Shown here: piece after piece, positions 12,001 to 24,430 of the stretch
Layout: each line of letters begins with the position of its first letter
Position numbering within the stretch: position 1 is the first letter of the stretch
Assembly: GCA_903813345.2 (NCBI GenBank)
Contig: CAIIXF020000001.1
Span: 6,200,001-6,264,000 of the forward strand
DNA length: 64,000 nucleotides
Origin: Owenia fusiformis
Taxonomy: Eukaryota
Direction: 5' to 3'
Position numbers and translations under genes: made by a program
The notes under the pieces: model-generated
Seen by the model: the letters and a program-made list of their open reading frames with translations, nothing else
Told to the model about the DNA's origin: nothing
Database searches by the model: none

Positions 12001-15000
12001 ATCGATACCATGTAGTGTGATATGTATGGTTTGAAAGCAATTTGAATAGTTCGAGCCTGCTTCACCCTGTACATAATTCAAGAATACTTAGTATTTACGA
12101 AAGACATGGCACTTGTTCATTTTCCTTGAAAATATTAACATTTGCCTCAAATGATTATATCATGTGTGGCTGACCTGTGATATGCTCTCGTCTTTATTAT
12201 TCTGTTTTGATCATTTCAAATAATAGTGAAACTGCAAATACTGAGAATGCCATTATGTTCCAAGTGTATACATCATTCGGGAATATACAGAACGCTGATG
12301 TCAAAATAAGTTCTATCATGATTCAAGTGGGATTCGTCAACCAATTTTCTGCACCAACAATTCCATTAAAAATATATCGATGTAGAGTATGGTTCAATGC
12401 GTTTTATGCCAGTAGTACACTTGTCTTTTGGTCTACTCACGATCAATGATGCATGAAGTTGAGAAATCTTCTTCCCATTTGTTCTTTACACATTTTCTTG
12501 AAGTTTCTCCCTGTAGGATGTAGCACCGGTCACATGTAATTTTTGCGCTACATCTATCCTCATTCTTGCACGTCACCCTGTTAAAGCAATCACATTGTTT
12601 AGTACCCAACCCAAAAAAATCAGTAAACCAAAGGCAGTGCCAAATGTGTAACTCAAATGATAATGTAAATGAATCACGTTTTGTATTTAAATGTGCACTT
12701 GGTATTCATCAGAAGCTAGAAAGTTTTTTCTTAAAGAAAACAAAGACATTTTTCATTTAAACATGTTTTTAAAAATAAAAAATAAATACATTAAATGTTT
12801 TGGAAAATATTTGCAAAAAATATTTTATATGAGAAAAAAGTGTTTAATTCAGAAAACTGAATTGCACTTATTATTGCAAGTTTGTATGAATGAATAAATA
12901 AATAAATAAACAAATAAATAAATAAATATATAATAGTACTCTTATAGTTTGTTTTATTAAGTGGTCGATTTATTCGATTTATTGATCGATCGCTCCGTTG
13001 ATATTTTCAGATTGATCAATCAAACTGTTCTAATGTTTTATAAAACTAACTCACGTATAAGAACCTCCGTCGATTTCAAACGCCGGACAATTGTGCGATA
13101 TATTTTTTGGATTATACCCGCTACAACTTTGAATCTTGGGTGTGTGTTCACACTCTGCACAAGGCTTAACTACAAAAAATGGTTAATATTATCAATTAAG
13201 ATTGAAATCCCCTGTGAATTGGACGTCTGTTTGAATAGTCTTAACTGCTCCGCTTGAATGATTTTATTTATTTATATATTCAGTAGGCTATGTTTTAAAT
13301 TACCGACAATGAGCGGGTGACACGGATCGTGTGTATTCCCGACGACAGGGTGGTAAGTTGCCTACATAGAAACAGAGGGGGATCTGTTTGTGAACAAATG
13401 CTTATAATGGGTGGTAAATGAATGGTGTGTCATAGAGCCCAAAGAGTATAAGAATGATATTCAATTATCAACAAAAGTACTTTTTCAGCAGCTCTCTTTT
13501 CAAGATGGGAACACTTCGAGAAGATTGAACCTTATTTGGTAATCGATTCCAAATTGTTGGTGCTGTTAAACTTAACATTGAAATGAAATTCGTCCGTATC
13601 TTGGGTTTATCATAAGTATCCGTGTTACTAGTATTGTGTTCATGTCTCGCCTGAACCATTTTGAAAAAGTTAGGACATTTTTTAACTATATTAACTATAT
13701 AGAACAATGCGGCGCACGGTGCAATGTGTTGCAGTACAGTACATACGCAGTACGGGTGTGAAGTATACATTACCCATCACAAATAACCTGATGATGGAGA
13801 GAAAATCCGTGAAAGATGCATCGGCGAATAAAGCATTATCATTGGATAGGTGCTGACCAACGATGGACTGACGTTCCTTACAGTATATCCCCACCTTAAA
13901 GTATATATATACGATCTTTATTAAGTTGCTAATAACCCCGTCACACAAAACTTTGTTGTTGACGAACTAGTCTAAACGGCTTAAAAGAATTGCGAGAGAG
14001 TTGGATAATAACCAGGGGCGTCAGACCATATTCGAAAAAGAGGGAGCGTTTTCCCCCAGAATATAGGTGGTGCGGCAAGTGAATGCGTGACCAAAGGCCG
14101 CTCATATCGTCGGGGGGGCTGATGCTTTTTCCACCGAAAACGTTACCTTATTTTTAACATGTATCAATATCTTTTCTGAACAGCATTTTTGAAATTTCAC
14201 AGGAATCTCACAAAAGGAATTTCTGGCCAGTATGAGAGCACCCCCCCCCCCCCCTCTGACGCTCATGACAACCTTTCCTCATCTTTGATAAATTAGATAT
14301 GTACAAGTAGCAATGTATCATATAGGGTCAAAAAATATACACTTACCAAGCAAGGAGTTTTACCATGCCCTTTAACAACCAATGAACCGCCATCGTATGC
14401 GTTACTTGGTAACGCTGGTTTTGAGCAAATGTGATTCGGAACAGACAAGTTTCGAAGGACTGCTTTACATTTTTCTGTTTCCACGGTCATCTCATGGCTA
14501 ACTGAGAAGAAGCAAAATATGAAGGATTACTTTGGAAAGCATAATTAATCTTAATGTTAAATAAAGAATTTACGACCAACACTGCGCCCATCAACAGGAC
14601 ACTTTCTGGTTGATACATGCATTATTAAGATAACTTTACAACGATATCCCTCGTGGACTCTCCTCACGTTCAGGAACATATTATTTCCCTCTTACCTATA
14701 CGGTTAGGTCCTGTAAATCCAGACCACGTAACTAACGTACCATCAGCCACTGTATATTCACCGAAATTTATAGGTCCCGCATCGTCTCCAGACGTGTCCA
14801 AACATCTTTTTAGCTTGAATATTGTAACACCCAATGCTATAACGTCAATCTTGATAAGTTGGTCATTCTCAGTGTTTGCTTTGACCTCTTGTACGTTTGC
14901 CTTGCTTTTGTGCCCAGCAATCACACTGCAACACATGTACTCAAAAATAAATAATAAATGATCTATGATAATCAAAAAAATGAAATATCCACGGGAAATC

Positions 15001-15444
15001 AATCGAACTGAATCTTGATGCGCATTGTAATAGTGATTCCTTTAATTTACTCATATTAAATGAGATGGCAACACAAATAAACAATAACATTAAATCCGAT
15101 TTATATTGATTCATTGTACTATTTCATCTATTTTTATACTCACGTTATACGCTTATTCATTTTACTCTTCAACTGGTTTTGGACACATTTAGACGGTGCC
15201 AAAATATGACATTTTGTAACAATGATGCCAGTGCACATTCTGTTGCCATTCTTAACACGAACCAACCAATGATTGGTCAAACGCGAATCGTCTTCTCTTT
15301 TCTCTGTTTGTGTTGAGGTGCGATGGATATCTTTGCCTGGCTCAGATGAATTAGATATATGAACCCCTTTGTCCTTTTGAGTCACTTGCTCTTTAGGCTT
15401 ACACATTTGTACTGATGGACTGTCACAGTTTGTGCATGGGTTAG
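9076..15444 (-). CDS. Mosaic extracellular protein: inactive trypsin-like domain, Sushi/CCP, Cys-rich module, Sushi, 3 EGF, Cys-rich C-terminus; 5' end unresolved. Exons 15144-15444, 14696-14925, 14347-14501, 13304-13361, 13055-13169, 12441-12577, 11446-11598, 11060-11245, 10826-10939, 10133-10243, 9723-9992, 9399-9580, 9076-9213
   Basis: 13 GT-AG exons join with compatible phases into one open frame of about 716 codons ending in TAA at 9076-9078. Motifs: HWLVRV...[17 protein letters not shown] and AYDGGSLV (trypsin fold); [20 protein letters not shown] and [20 protein letters not shown] (Sushi); DECRGVTC...[14 protein letters not shown] and [34 protein letters not shown] (calcium-binding-type EGF). 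Confidence 0.85.
13468..13660 (-). mobile_element. LINE (CR1/L2 group) ORF2 3' fragment in an intron
   Basis: HEHNT...PKIRTNF...[25 protein letters not shown] matches the typical CR1/L2 C-terminal pattern HNTR..P..RT..P.LWN.LP..S..FK..L. Confidence 0.65.
14014..14266. mobile_element. Short Harbinger-like MITE
   Basis: Termini AGGGGCGTCAGA and (C)n-TCTGACGCTCAT are inverted. Confidence 0.45.
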
Positions 15445-16678
15445 CTGTCAAAGTATTAAGAAATGAATAATATATTTAAATTATGGATATACAATGTATT
15501 TGGTTATTATATTCTTCCAAGCCCGGGATGCAGGGAAATGTTGAACTCGTGAAAGATGCACATTTATCGTATCATTGATAGAAATCGTGGCAATATATAA
15601 GTATAAAAATCATTGAAAGATGAACAGATATTGCCCTCCAGAGAATGAAATATTTGCTTATTATTTCATAGTCTCATGTAGGACATAGACCAATACAGAA
15701 AGTGAGGAATATGAGTACAGTGATGTAATTCATGATAATAGAATTGATTTTTCTGTAGTTTACTTTTTTGTGACTACAGAAACGTAAAATAAATTTAATT
15801 GGAATAGTGTTATTTTCGTAAATGCATATAATGCATCGACCTACTTGCTGACCATGATTGATATGTCATTATGTTTGTCAAACATGTTTGTCCAAAGTAG
15901 AATATTTACTTCATAATAGTGCATTAAAGTACTTTACATCAATTTTATTTGAAACGATTTCCCTTGGAATATTTAAAAATATTATGCTTACCGTTAATGA
16001 ACCGAAACAACATGTCCTTTGCAATCTTGTTCACAGTAACATCGATGTATATTGCCACTGATTTTTTCTCCCCTCTTTTATTAGTGATATCTTTACTTTC
16101 ACTTGCCAACCCTACCTTGATCAATACATATGAGACATATATCAAATAGACCAATCCACAATAGAAAGTGATCTCACCTTCGAATTCCAATTAATTCCAA
16201 TAATTATTATATATATAATTATTATATGATTGTAATAAAAAGCGGGTCTTCGAAGTTGAACGATTGTGTCTTAGATTGACTTAAAGTTTATTGAAACTGT
16301 AATATATGGTATGATTAATTACTACATCAACCAATGGTGTATAATGCTTTTCTTAATCGATAGCTCAAAATGGATTTAAAGTGAGATTTTTCAGTTCTGA
16401 ATTACTCAGAGTACAGCCTTCAACCCTTGACAGATCATATCAAAAGGGAAAACACAGTGCTTAGGAGATGACAGACACAATTATGTCTCTTGTTCACAAC
16501 ATTCGTTTGTTGCAATTTTCACTGGCTAGTTTCCGAATAGCAAACGTCGTCATGATGTTTTGGGTTATACTTCATCATCATTATGATGTCAAAAAGATTT
16601 GAACTAATAGCTAGATAGTTTTATTTTAAAAATCTATTAATTTTTTTAAAATATATGAATTTGAACACAAACTATTAC

Positions 16679-17468
16679 CATACAAGGTTGGCCATCTTTA
16701 GCCGTTGCAACCATTGCTCCCCCATAATCCACCTTCTTCACAGTGTAACCATGTACACATAAGACACCCCGTTTATTTCCATCTGGACAGTTAGTTGTTA
16801 CTGTCACACGATGTGTTTTAATCTGATTACGTCTTCTATCATCAGGCGAAGACTCCAATGAACGGACGGTTGTTACCATGCCAACATTTACTCCCCTGCT
16901 TGTAATTTGAACGGGTGCTACATATTTAGTGATTTCAACACATTCTGCAAGTTGTGTTATTATCGCTCCTGTAGCCCGATTTGATTTGTATGTCCTTGGT
17001 GTTTTTTCAAACGCTATTTGTACATCATCTTTGTTTAGTGTTCCTTCACCAAGATACATTCTACAGATATAATCAAATTTTGTTAATGATTTTTGACGAT
17101 CATTTATCGGCAGGTGATTTTATACTTTAAAGTGACGGTCGTTCACTTTCTTATGTTTCCCTTATATAATAGTTGATGGTCGCTGATTGACGATTAAGTG
17201 CAATTCCTTTGGCTCACCTTATCCCATTGTCTTTTTGAATGCACCAACTCGTCGACAGGACATGACATGGTGTCACCAAGGTTCCAGTACAATTTTTCTT
17301 GCCATTTGTAATTCTAACAGCCCAATGCGCAAAATCATCTTCTTTATACTCTAATGATGTTGACACTGAGACCAACAATGTAACCAATAGTACGTTGTCT
17401 AACCCACATACTAAACTTTGTGAGGAAGAAAAGATATTTAGTTGCTCGTGTATCCCATATTTGATCAT
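16679..17468 (-). CDS. Second (upstream) inactive trypsin-like domain preceded by a signal-peptide-like stretch. Exons 17218 to about 17415 (or to ATG 17468) and 16679-17060. Either the 5' part of the mosaic gene or a separate paralogue
   Basis: VLLVTLLVSVSTS, then HWAVRITNGKKNCTGTLVTPCHVLSTSWCI...R|MYLG...QLAECVEITKYVAPV...VLCVHG...VDYGGAMV...QPCM|gt. The phase-2 intron after the His-region exon and the phase-0 intron after PCM/PCL are at the same positions as in the downstream domain. Confidence 0.75.
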
Positions 17469-18729
17469 GGGGTTCTAGTTGAAAGCCCATGATTTGATCT
17501 AAGGATAATTAGATAACAGCAACGCCAAGACGTAGCAATGTAATCCCCTCGAACAGCCATGATTGCCATTTTTACAAAATCCTTCCCCTGCTTGTCAGTT
17601 AGACCAAAGATCGTAAAATAACACAAATAAAATGCCACGAATTTTCGAAATGGTCACTCCCTAGCCAAATTGTCATAAAAAAGTGTAATGTCCTCCTCAG
17701 TAGACATGATATAATATTTTAACAACATTGCTTCATTATTTTTAAGTTATAGTAAAAAAAAAAGTTAAACATCACACTTTATACATGACGGCCATTTTCA
17801 ATAGGTATTTAGCGTGACAATCCGAATTAGACGTTTAGTATTTCATATTTTGGTTGAATTTTCTCGTGCACAATCAAAAGTCCTTGGGCCTGATATTTCT
17901 GTCACTTAGTCTAGTTTCTATAAATGGAACCATACCGAAAGGAATGGTATCGATATGGAGCACTTTTTGAACACACGTCTCTCTTAAAGATATGCTATAC
18001 AGATATGTAGGTCAGTATTACATAATCGTGAAATGAATATGTCTGAAAATATCATTGGTCAGAAAACACTAAAGCCTGCTTGAAACTGTAAAAGTTTATA
18101 CACTCTATTCCACACTGTATAGAAATAAAATAACTTACACTATTAGTAACTGTTAGCCAATCATTGCATAGAAAAAACTTTATGCACTGTTTATAAGATT
18201 CACTGAGACAAGTGGGTCAATACTCCGTGTACTTTATGTGCTCTCACACAATTACCTTCCCTTGCATAAAGTTGCTGTACAGTTATATGTAACTGAATAT
18301 TGTATATTCATCACAAACAACCTTAGCAAAATGATGGTTCGACGAAATGGACGGTTCGCTAAAACCAATAAACCAGGCAATTCAGGCCAATTTGGAAAAA
18401 AAACTAGATAGTGTGATAGCGAATGAGGATAGTAAGTGAAATATATTTTGCAAAGGTCAGCTTGTAAACTACTGGGTAACCCTAAATGATGAGAAATATG
18501 TACAAAATATGTTTTGCATGATTTATTCATATCCCAATGATTTAACTCCTTCACTGCATCTAATAAGGTATATAGATACTAATTACGGGACATTTAGGAA
18601 TTAATTAAGTGACTAGACCAAAGCAAGCATGTTTGAGATTTTAATGATTTTAAATAAATTACCACTTCATTATTTGCTTTTAGACATTCAATCAGTTTTA
18701 TTTGTCCAACAAACCATATTCACAATTGT

Positions 18730-19290
18730 TCAATCCAACGAAGATTAGGGGGATAAGCTATAGAGACCCCTCCATTTGTCCGTCCATCCATCCTTCAACT
18801 GGACAACAGCAACACCAAAGTGTAGCAAATCTCATCGAACAGCCATGGCTGACATTTTTTTTACAAACAAAGTATACAGCAAAAATGGCAGCCATTTTTC
18901 AAAATGGCCTCCTTCTACCAAAAGTGTCATTAGACAGTGTGCCACGCTTATAGTATTCACGCATCAAATATGAACAAAATCGCTCTACTACTTTTCGAGT
19001 TATAGTAAAATACGTTAAAATGACGGCCATTTTTCAAAATGGCTGCCTTCTACCAAAAGTGTCATTAGACAGTGTGCCATACTTATAGTATTCACATACC
19101 AAATATGAACAAAATCGCTCCACTACTTTTCGTGTTATAGTAAAATACGTTAAAATGGCCGCCTTCTACCAGAAGAGTCATTAGACAGTGTGCCATGCTT
19201 ATAGTATTCATATACCAAATATGAACAAAATCGCTCGACTACTTTTCAAGTTACAGCAAAAATCGTAAAATAACGAGTAAAGGCCGCCAT
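18730..19290. mobile_element. HINE/DINE-1-like element with an internal tandem array (about 3 units of 116-135 bp)
   Basis: A GTCC/ATCC microsatellite at about 18776-18795 is followed by repeats of aaaatggc(c/t)gccttctaccaaaagtgtcattagacagtgtgcc...atatgaacaaaatcgctc. Confidence 0.5.
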
Positions 19291-20342
19291 AGTTCAATTC
19301 TTAGAAGCAAATGATTCTAAAAGTACAACATATCTCTGAAAAAATATCATTCTGTTAAGTGAAATTGTAAAAAATATTTTGCAATGTGTGAAATTGAATT
19401 AAAGCACCTGATTCAATGAATAGTGGATGCTTCAATTCACGTATGTCTTCTAGTCTAGGCTTTGAATTTGGACTACCACCCTCGTTCATAGTCTAGAATC
19501 AGGACATATGTTAAACTTAATCATCTACAATGCATTGAGTCATTGGCTTAAATCCTATAATATAATATGCCTATCAATATAATATGTAATTATTTAAGTA
19601 TCATCTCAATGCTTTAATTTTAATAGAATTATTTTAATATTTTACTAACTGTATAATATGTAGTTTGCATTACTGTTGATAAATAAATAAATGATTGCAC
19701 TGTTCAGTAAAGAAATATAGCAATTGTATTATTTAAACTGACTATACACTATAGAAATGATTTTCATTGAAAAATCAAATCAGTACCAAAATTATGGTTA
19801 CCCTGTAGTAGTGAAAGGCACATTAGAAATGAATATCACCCCCTTCAATCTATTTTTACAGGTTTTTATGATTATTTCAGATTTTTCTATAGTTTGCGTA
19901 ACCAGGACGGTGAATTTTCTTCATTTTTCATCAAACATTTCGTCTTACCAATATTTATTATATCTGTCAATTTTATCAAAATCGCGCCGCTACGTTTGAA
20001 AATAATTCAAATTATGTAGTTTTTCCCATGAGCTCCATTATAAAAATGGAATTTTCAAACTTAATATTTTAAAATTCTACGTGGTGAAAAGTTGCATATT
20101 GAGTAGTTAGTTAATGTTATGGTGTTAAAAATTCAAAACAAAAAGGAATAAAGAAAAAATGCCACAGAGAAGTCTCAATAGAGTATCTTTAAACCAGTCA
20201 TAAAAAAATCTGAAAATTTAACACATCGTCAATTTAATGGTCATCTTTTTGAAATATATATATATAATTTCATCTATATTGTTTTAGAAAACACATCAAA
20301 CACTTGTTTTGTTCTTGGTATCATGTCCAGAGTGAATGTACA

Positions 20343-20682
20343 TCTTTCCGAACCTCATTAGAACAAAACGACCTAAACACAGCATGTTTAGGTCTCTCAA
20401 TATTGTAATTGTACAAAGGAAATTTTGGTTGATTTTAAAAAAGTATCTTGTTAATGATCGAAATAGGACAGACGGACGCGCCTAGGCCGACAATATGGCC
20501 CAACACTATGTGGTGGGGACATAAAAAAGGTTTATCTTGGTTTTTATCTATTTTGGGGGGATTTTGTTTTAATTTTTTGAATACTTTTTTAAAATCAACC
20601 AAAAATTCCTTTGTATAACTATAATATTGAGAGGTCTAAAAACATGTTGTATGCTATTTTGTTCCAACAAGGTTCGGAAAGA
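20343..20682. repeat. Inverted repeat with arms of about 100 bp
   Basis: 20343-20446 versus 20581-20682 (aaaggaaattttggttgattttaaaaaagtat / atacttttttaaaatcaaccaaaaattccttt); a ggacagacggac HINE-like end lies in the spacer. Confidence 0.65.
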
Positions 20683-22619
20683 CATTTTATTTCATTCTCA
20701 AGAATTCGTAGAAAGGAGCAAAAACAATTGAACAAAAACAAAAAATGTTAACAAAAACAGTTATATAAAATATTTCTAAATAATTTTCGCATTAAATTGT
20801 TGTCAATCAGTCTGCATGACATAAAATGCCGTGTTTTTACAGAATGTTTTCAATGATTGGTTTAAGAGAAAAACATTGTTGAATTCAGTTCTCCATATCG
20901 ATACCAATCCTTTCGGAGAACATCGCATAGATGTTTTTGAAGTTATAAGATGAAAATGGGAAACGTTTCTTCGCTCGATCATGCATAACATTTCATGCCA
21001 AACCATTACTATGAATACGTCCTTGCTAATCTTAAGGTCATTTTGATTTGCCAATATAAAGTGACTTATTAGATATGTGATACGTGACGTATTAGAATTG
21101 ATTCAGCATGTCCCTCTTGTCAACTTACATATTAATCATAAATGTCAATATGATTATCGACTTTAAGTTGACACCTACTTTTCAGCCAGTGTAATATAAT
21201 TGAAATTGGACATTTCTTTTGTACATGTCTGGCTACGGCCTGTTAATTTCGACGGTGACCAAACAAATGAAAAAAAATATAAATCCAGGTTATAATTTCT
21301 ACGGCGAGCCTATGGCCTGTAAAAACTGGATACACCGTGCAGAGACCTCAACCTCCACATTAAGAATAGCGTGTCTGTTTGATATAAATCGAATAAGTTA
21401 TAACTAATCATCAAGTATGTAAAGTTGTCAAACTCAGTGAGGGGCGTGTATGTTTGAGTTATCTATATCATAATTTAAGTTCACCGGATCAATATTCGGA
21501 TAATTTGTTTGTTTGTGACTTATATACGACGGAAATGATAATTCTGGGTCGAAGTAATTAATTTACATTGCTTTTCATGGTTGATCAAACGAAAACCCTT
21601 ACCTAACAAGTACTGATGAATTGTGTTGCTTATCCTCCTTTGAATATATTGAAGCCAGGAAACGTGAAATCATTTGTTAAATGAACGCCTATAATAATTT
21701 GTGATATCGTATGCTCGAATACCAGTGAATATTCGACCCATTTCTCTATATCTAATTACTAAATGTTGAATGTTGTCCATTTTGGCTCCCCTCTCCGTTG
21801 AGAAACCATAGTCCCCTTTACACCAACCTCATTTTGAATAAATACAAATTTTAAATGTTTTACTTTACCTGGTCTGCATTGTTGATGATATCTTTACACG
21901 TAAGATATATCTGTTCCAACATGCTTGGTTGCTTTTTAATCCTATCTAACTGAAACATATTAAATTTGTGTACACTGAAGTATGATTGATTAAAACAACT
22001 GAGGTGAGAAAACACAGGATATATTAAGACATGGATGTTATTTAGATGGGGCAAACATTGCGATGATGGTCTGCTATAAGTATCTTATTGAAGTTATTAA
22101 AGGGGCAGCAAATGCCAAGGACGAGTTAAAGGTGAGTTAATAATACCATATCCTCACCGTTTAGTCACCGTTTGATTTGTGAAACATGGTTTTAATATCA
22201 AAATAATAGTATGCTGTTGAAAGGACAAGTCTCGGTTTGGAGAACAGTTTCCTGGTTTTAAAGTAACTGCAATGAAACATCAACTCTTTCTACTGTCACA
22301 ATAATCATCTATTGCGTATTAATTCGAGTTTAGATATAAATAGATGGCTGTGCAATCAGCTCAGAAATGACATCAACATCACATCTCTTAATTGTTTACT
22401 GCCTTCATTTGTCCGAATTTCCTCCATCTAGTTTCTTAATAGCTCAAGTCGATGTAATTTTAATCCATGTTAACATATTCCTTGCGATGTATTTCTTACA
22501 TCTTTATCTTGATTTGGAATAATGATAAATAGTGTTAGATACGCCAGAAATGAACACAATGTTCTTAAAAGTTTGGATTCACATAAAACAGTTTAAAATA
22601 GTCTGTGCCAATGCAGGTT

Positions 22620-23390
22620 TAAAGCTACATGCATTTCTTTCTGTATAACAAACACGCTCGGTAATCGGAAGAAATGAACGCAGCGAGGGGGGAGTAGCCC
22701 CAAGAAGAATCCTAAAAGACCCAACATATTTCCCCGTGCCGTGCGCCTATTCATTTAGCAATTCAATCGTAAACTTTCTCTTGTATAAATAAATCTTCAA
22801 GGTTTGTTGAATTTTCTATCAAAAATCAGCTACTCCCTCACCTCTGTTCATTTTTTCCGTTCACCGGGTGTGACAAATACTGGAGAGGTTAAGCTTTGCA
22901 TATATAATCGAAACTGAACCTGTACGTATCACTCGACCATATACAAAGCATGTAGCCTTCTCATATAAATAGCCGTTCAAATCCAGTGTTTGTTTAGACT
23001 ACACCATAGCGTGTAATGAATCTATAGTATGTCATTGATGCGGTTTTATAGCTGGTTTTCTAATACATATTTTAAACGAGTTCGTTTCGTAAGATTTTTG
23101 GCGCTAAATCATGCATGACATACATCATCGTGTTCAGCAAGAATTCAACTGTGCATCGAAATCAAAATTGACAGCATAGTGTTCAATAGACACGAGTAAA
23201 ATGGTTCCCGTTGACCCAACGTCAAATTTCAAATCTCCCGTTCTAAACCCGAAACTCTGAAGCTGAAAGAGTATCTGAAGTAGACTAAGCGCGCATAAAA
23301 CTATGAGCGCTCGATACATTCCTTTGTTAATTTTTGTACTTTGCGTTCACGGTTACGTTGTGAAAAACATCGTTAGCTTAACCTCTCCAC
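22620..23390. mobile_element. Overlapping degenerate MITEs
   Basis: Inverted pairs gaaatgaacgcagcgaggggggagtagc / gctactccctcacctctgttcatttt, and tggagaggttaagct (22881) / agcttaacctctcca (ending 23389). Confidence 0.4.
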
Positions 23391-23949
23391 TGTTAAAAAA
23401 CAACAGCGGCATCGGCTTAGGATAGACCAATAAATATGTATCTTATTGAGTAGCATTGATTGATTCATATTCGTTTTTATTTAGTAAACTTGAGGAAGAT
23501 AAGCATAAATCAGGAAATTGGAATTACTTTTCATTTATCAACCGGGTATTGTCAGTACGATAGTGGTATTGACATAGAAAAAGTCAAATGTGATACTTAG
23601 AAATACAATTACTTTGGAAAGAGAAACGAAATTATTCGTTCAAGATATTAATCGACCAGATGATGCTCCGGGTAAATTTAAGAGTTGATAATAATTAATA
23701 AAACACTCACATAAAAGGGAATGTTATCTTAACTTAGAAAATCATACTCCCAGATAAACTATTTCAAAGATTCTGTTTCCGGGGGTCGATGCCATGGAGT
23801 GAAAAATGTTAAGTTGTTATTTTTGTTATTCGAGTAATATAATTAGTGATGAAGAACGTGCTCTTTTTTGCTGTTCTCAATCAAAATTAGAATTTGCTTA
23901 AACGCAAATAGCTTGCCTTCATCATACTCTTTGTGGCACATGGCAATAG

Positions 23950-24430
23950 TATAAACTGAGACTAGTCTCAGGTATAATGTAAAACATGTAAAACCACGGC
24001 CAAAACCTGAATATGAAAGATTATGTAACTTTTGTGGGAAAATAGAAAATGAGGTTCATTTCATGATTAAATGCCATTTACATAGAGAAAATAGAAAAAT
24101 ATTGTTTGACAACATCACTAGCAAAATTAATGTTGATCAACATGATCCTGAAAATACATTCATTATGTTAATATCTTCAAAAAATAAATATGTGCAAAAG
24201 CAAGTTGGAAGTTTTATTACAAAATCATTCAAAAACTTAAACTTGCCTGGAGATTAACATTTTGGATGCATCACACCTAAAGTATATTATAACATATGTA
24301 AATAACAAGTTTTTTGTATAAATTGTATATATTAGTGTAGTGTAGTGTAGTGTAGTTTTGTGAAATTTCATTTTGTAATGACTAATATGTCAGGTCATGA
24401 CATCTAAAGAGTCAATAAAAGATATATATA
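23950..24430 (+). mobile_element. LINE ORF2 3' end (CCHC zinc-knuckle type) with 3' UTR and poly(A) signal
   Basis: KPEYERLCNFCGKIENEVHFMIKCHLHRENRKILF fits the R.C..C...E.E.HF...C motif of LINE C-termini; followed by (TAGTG)n and caataaaa. Confidence 0.7.
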
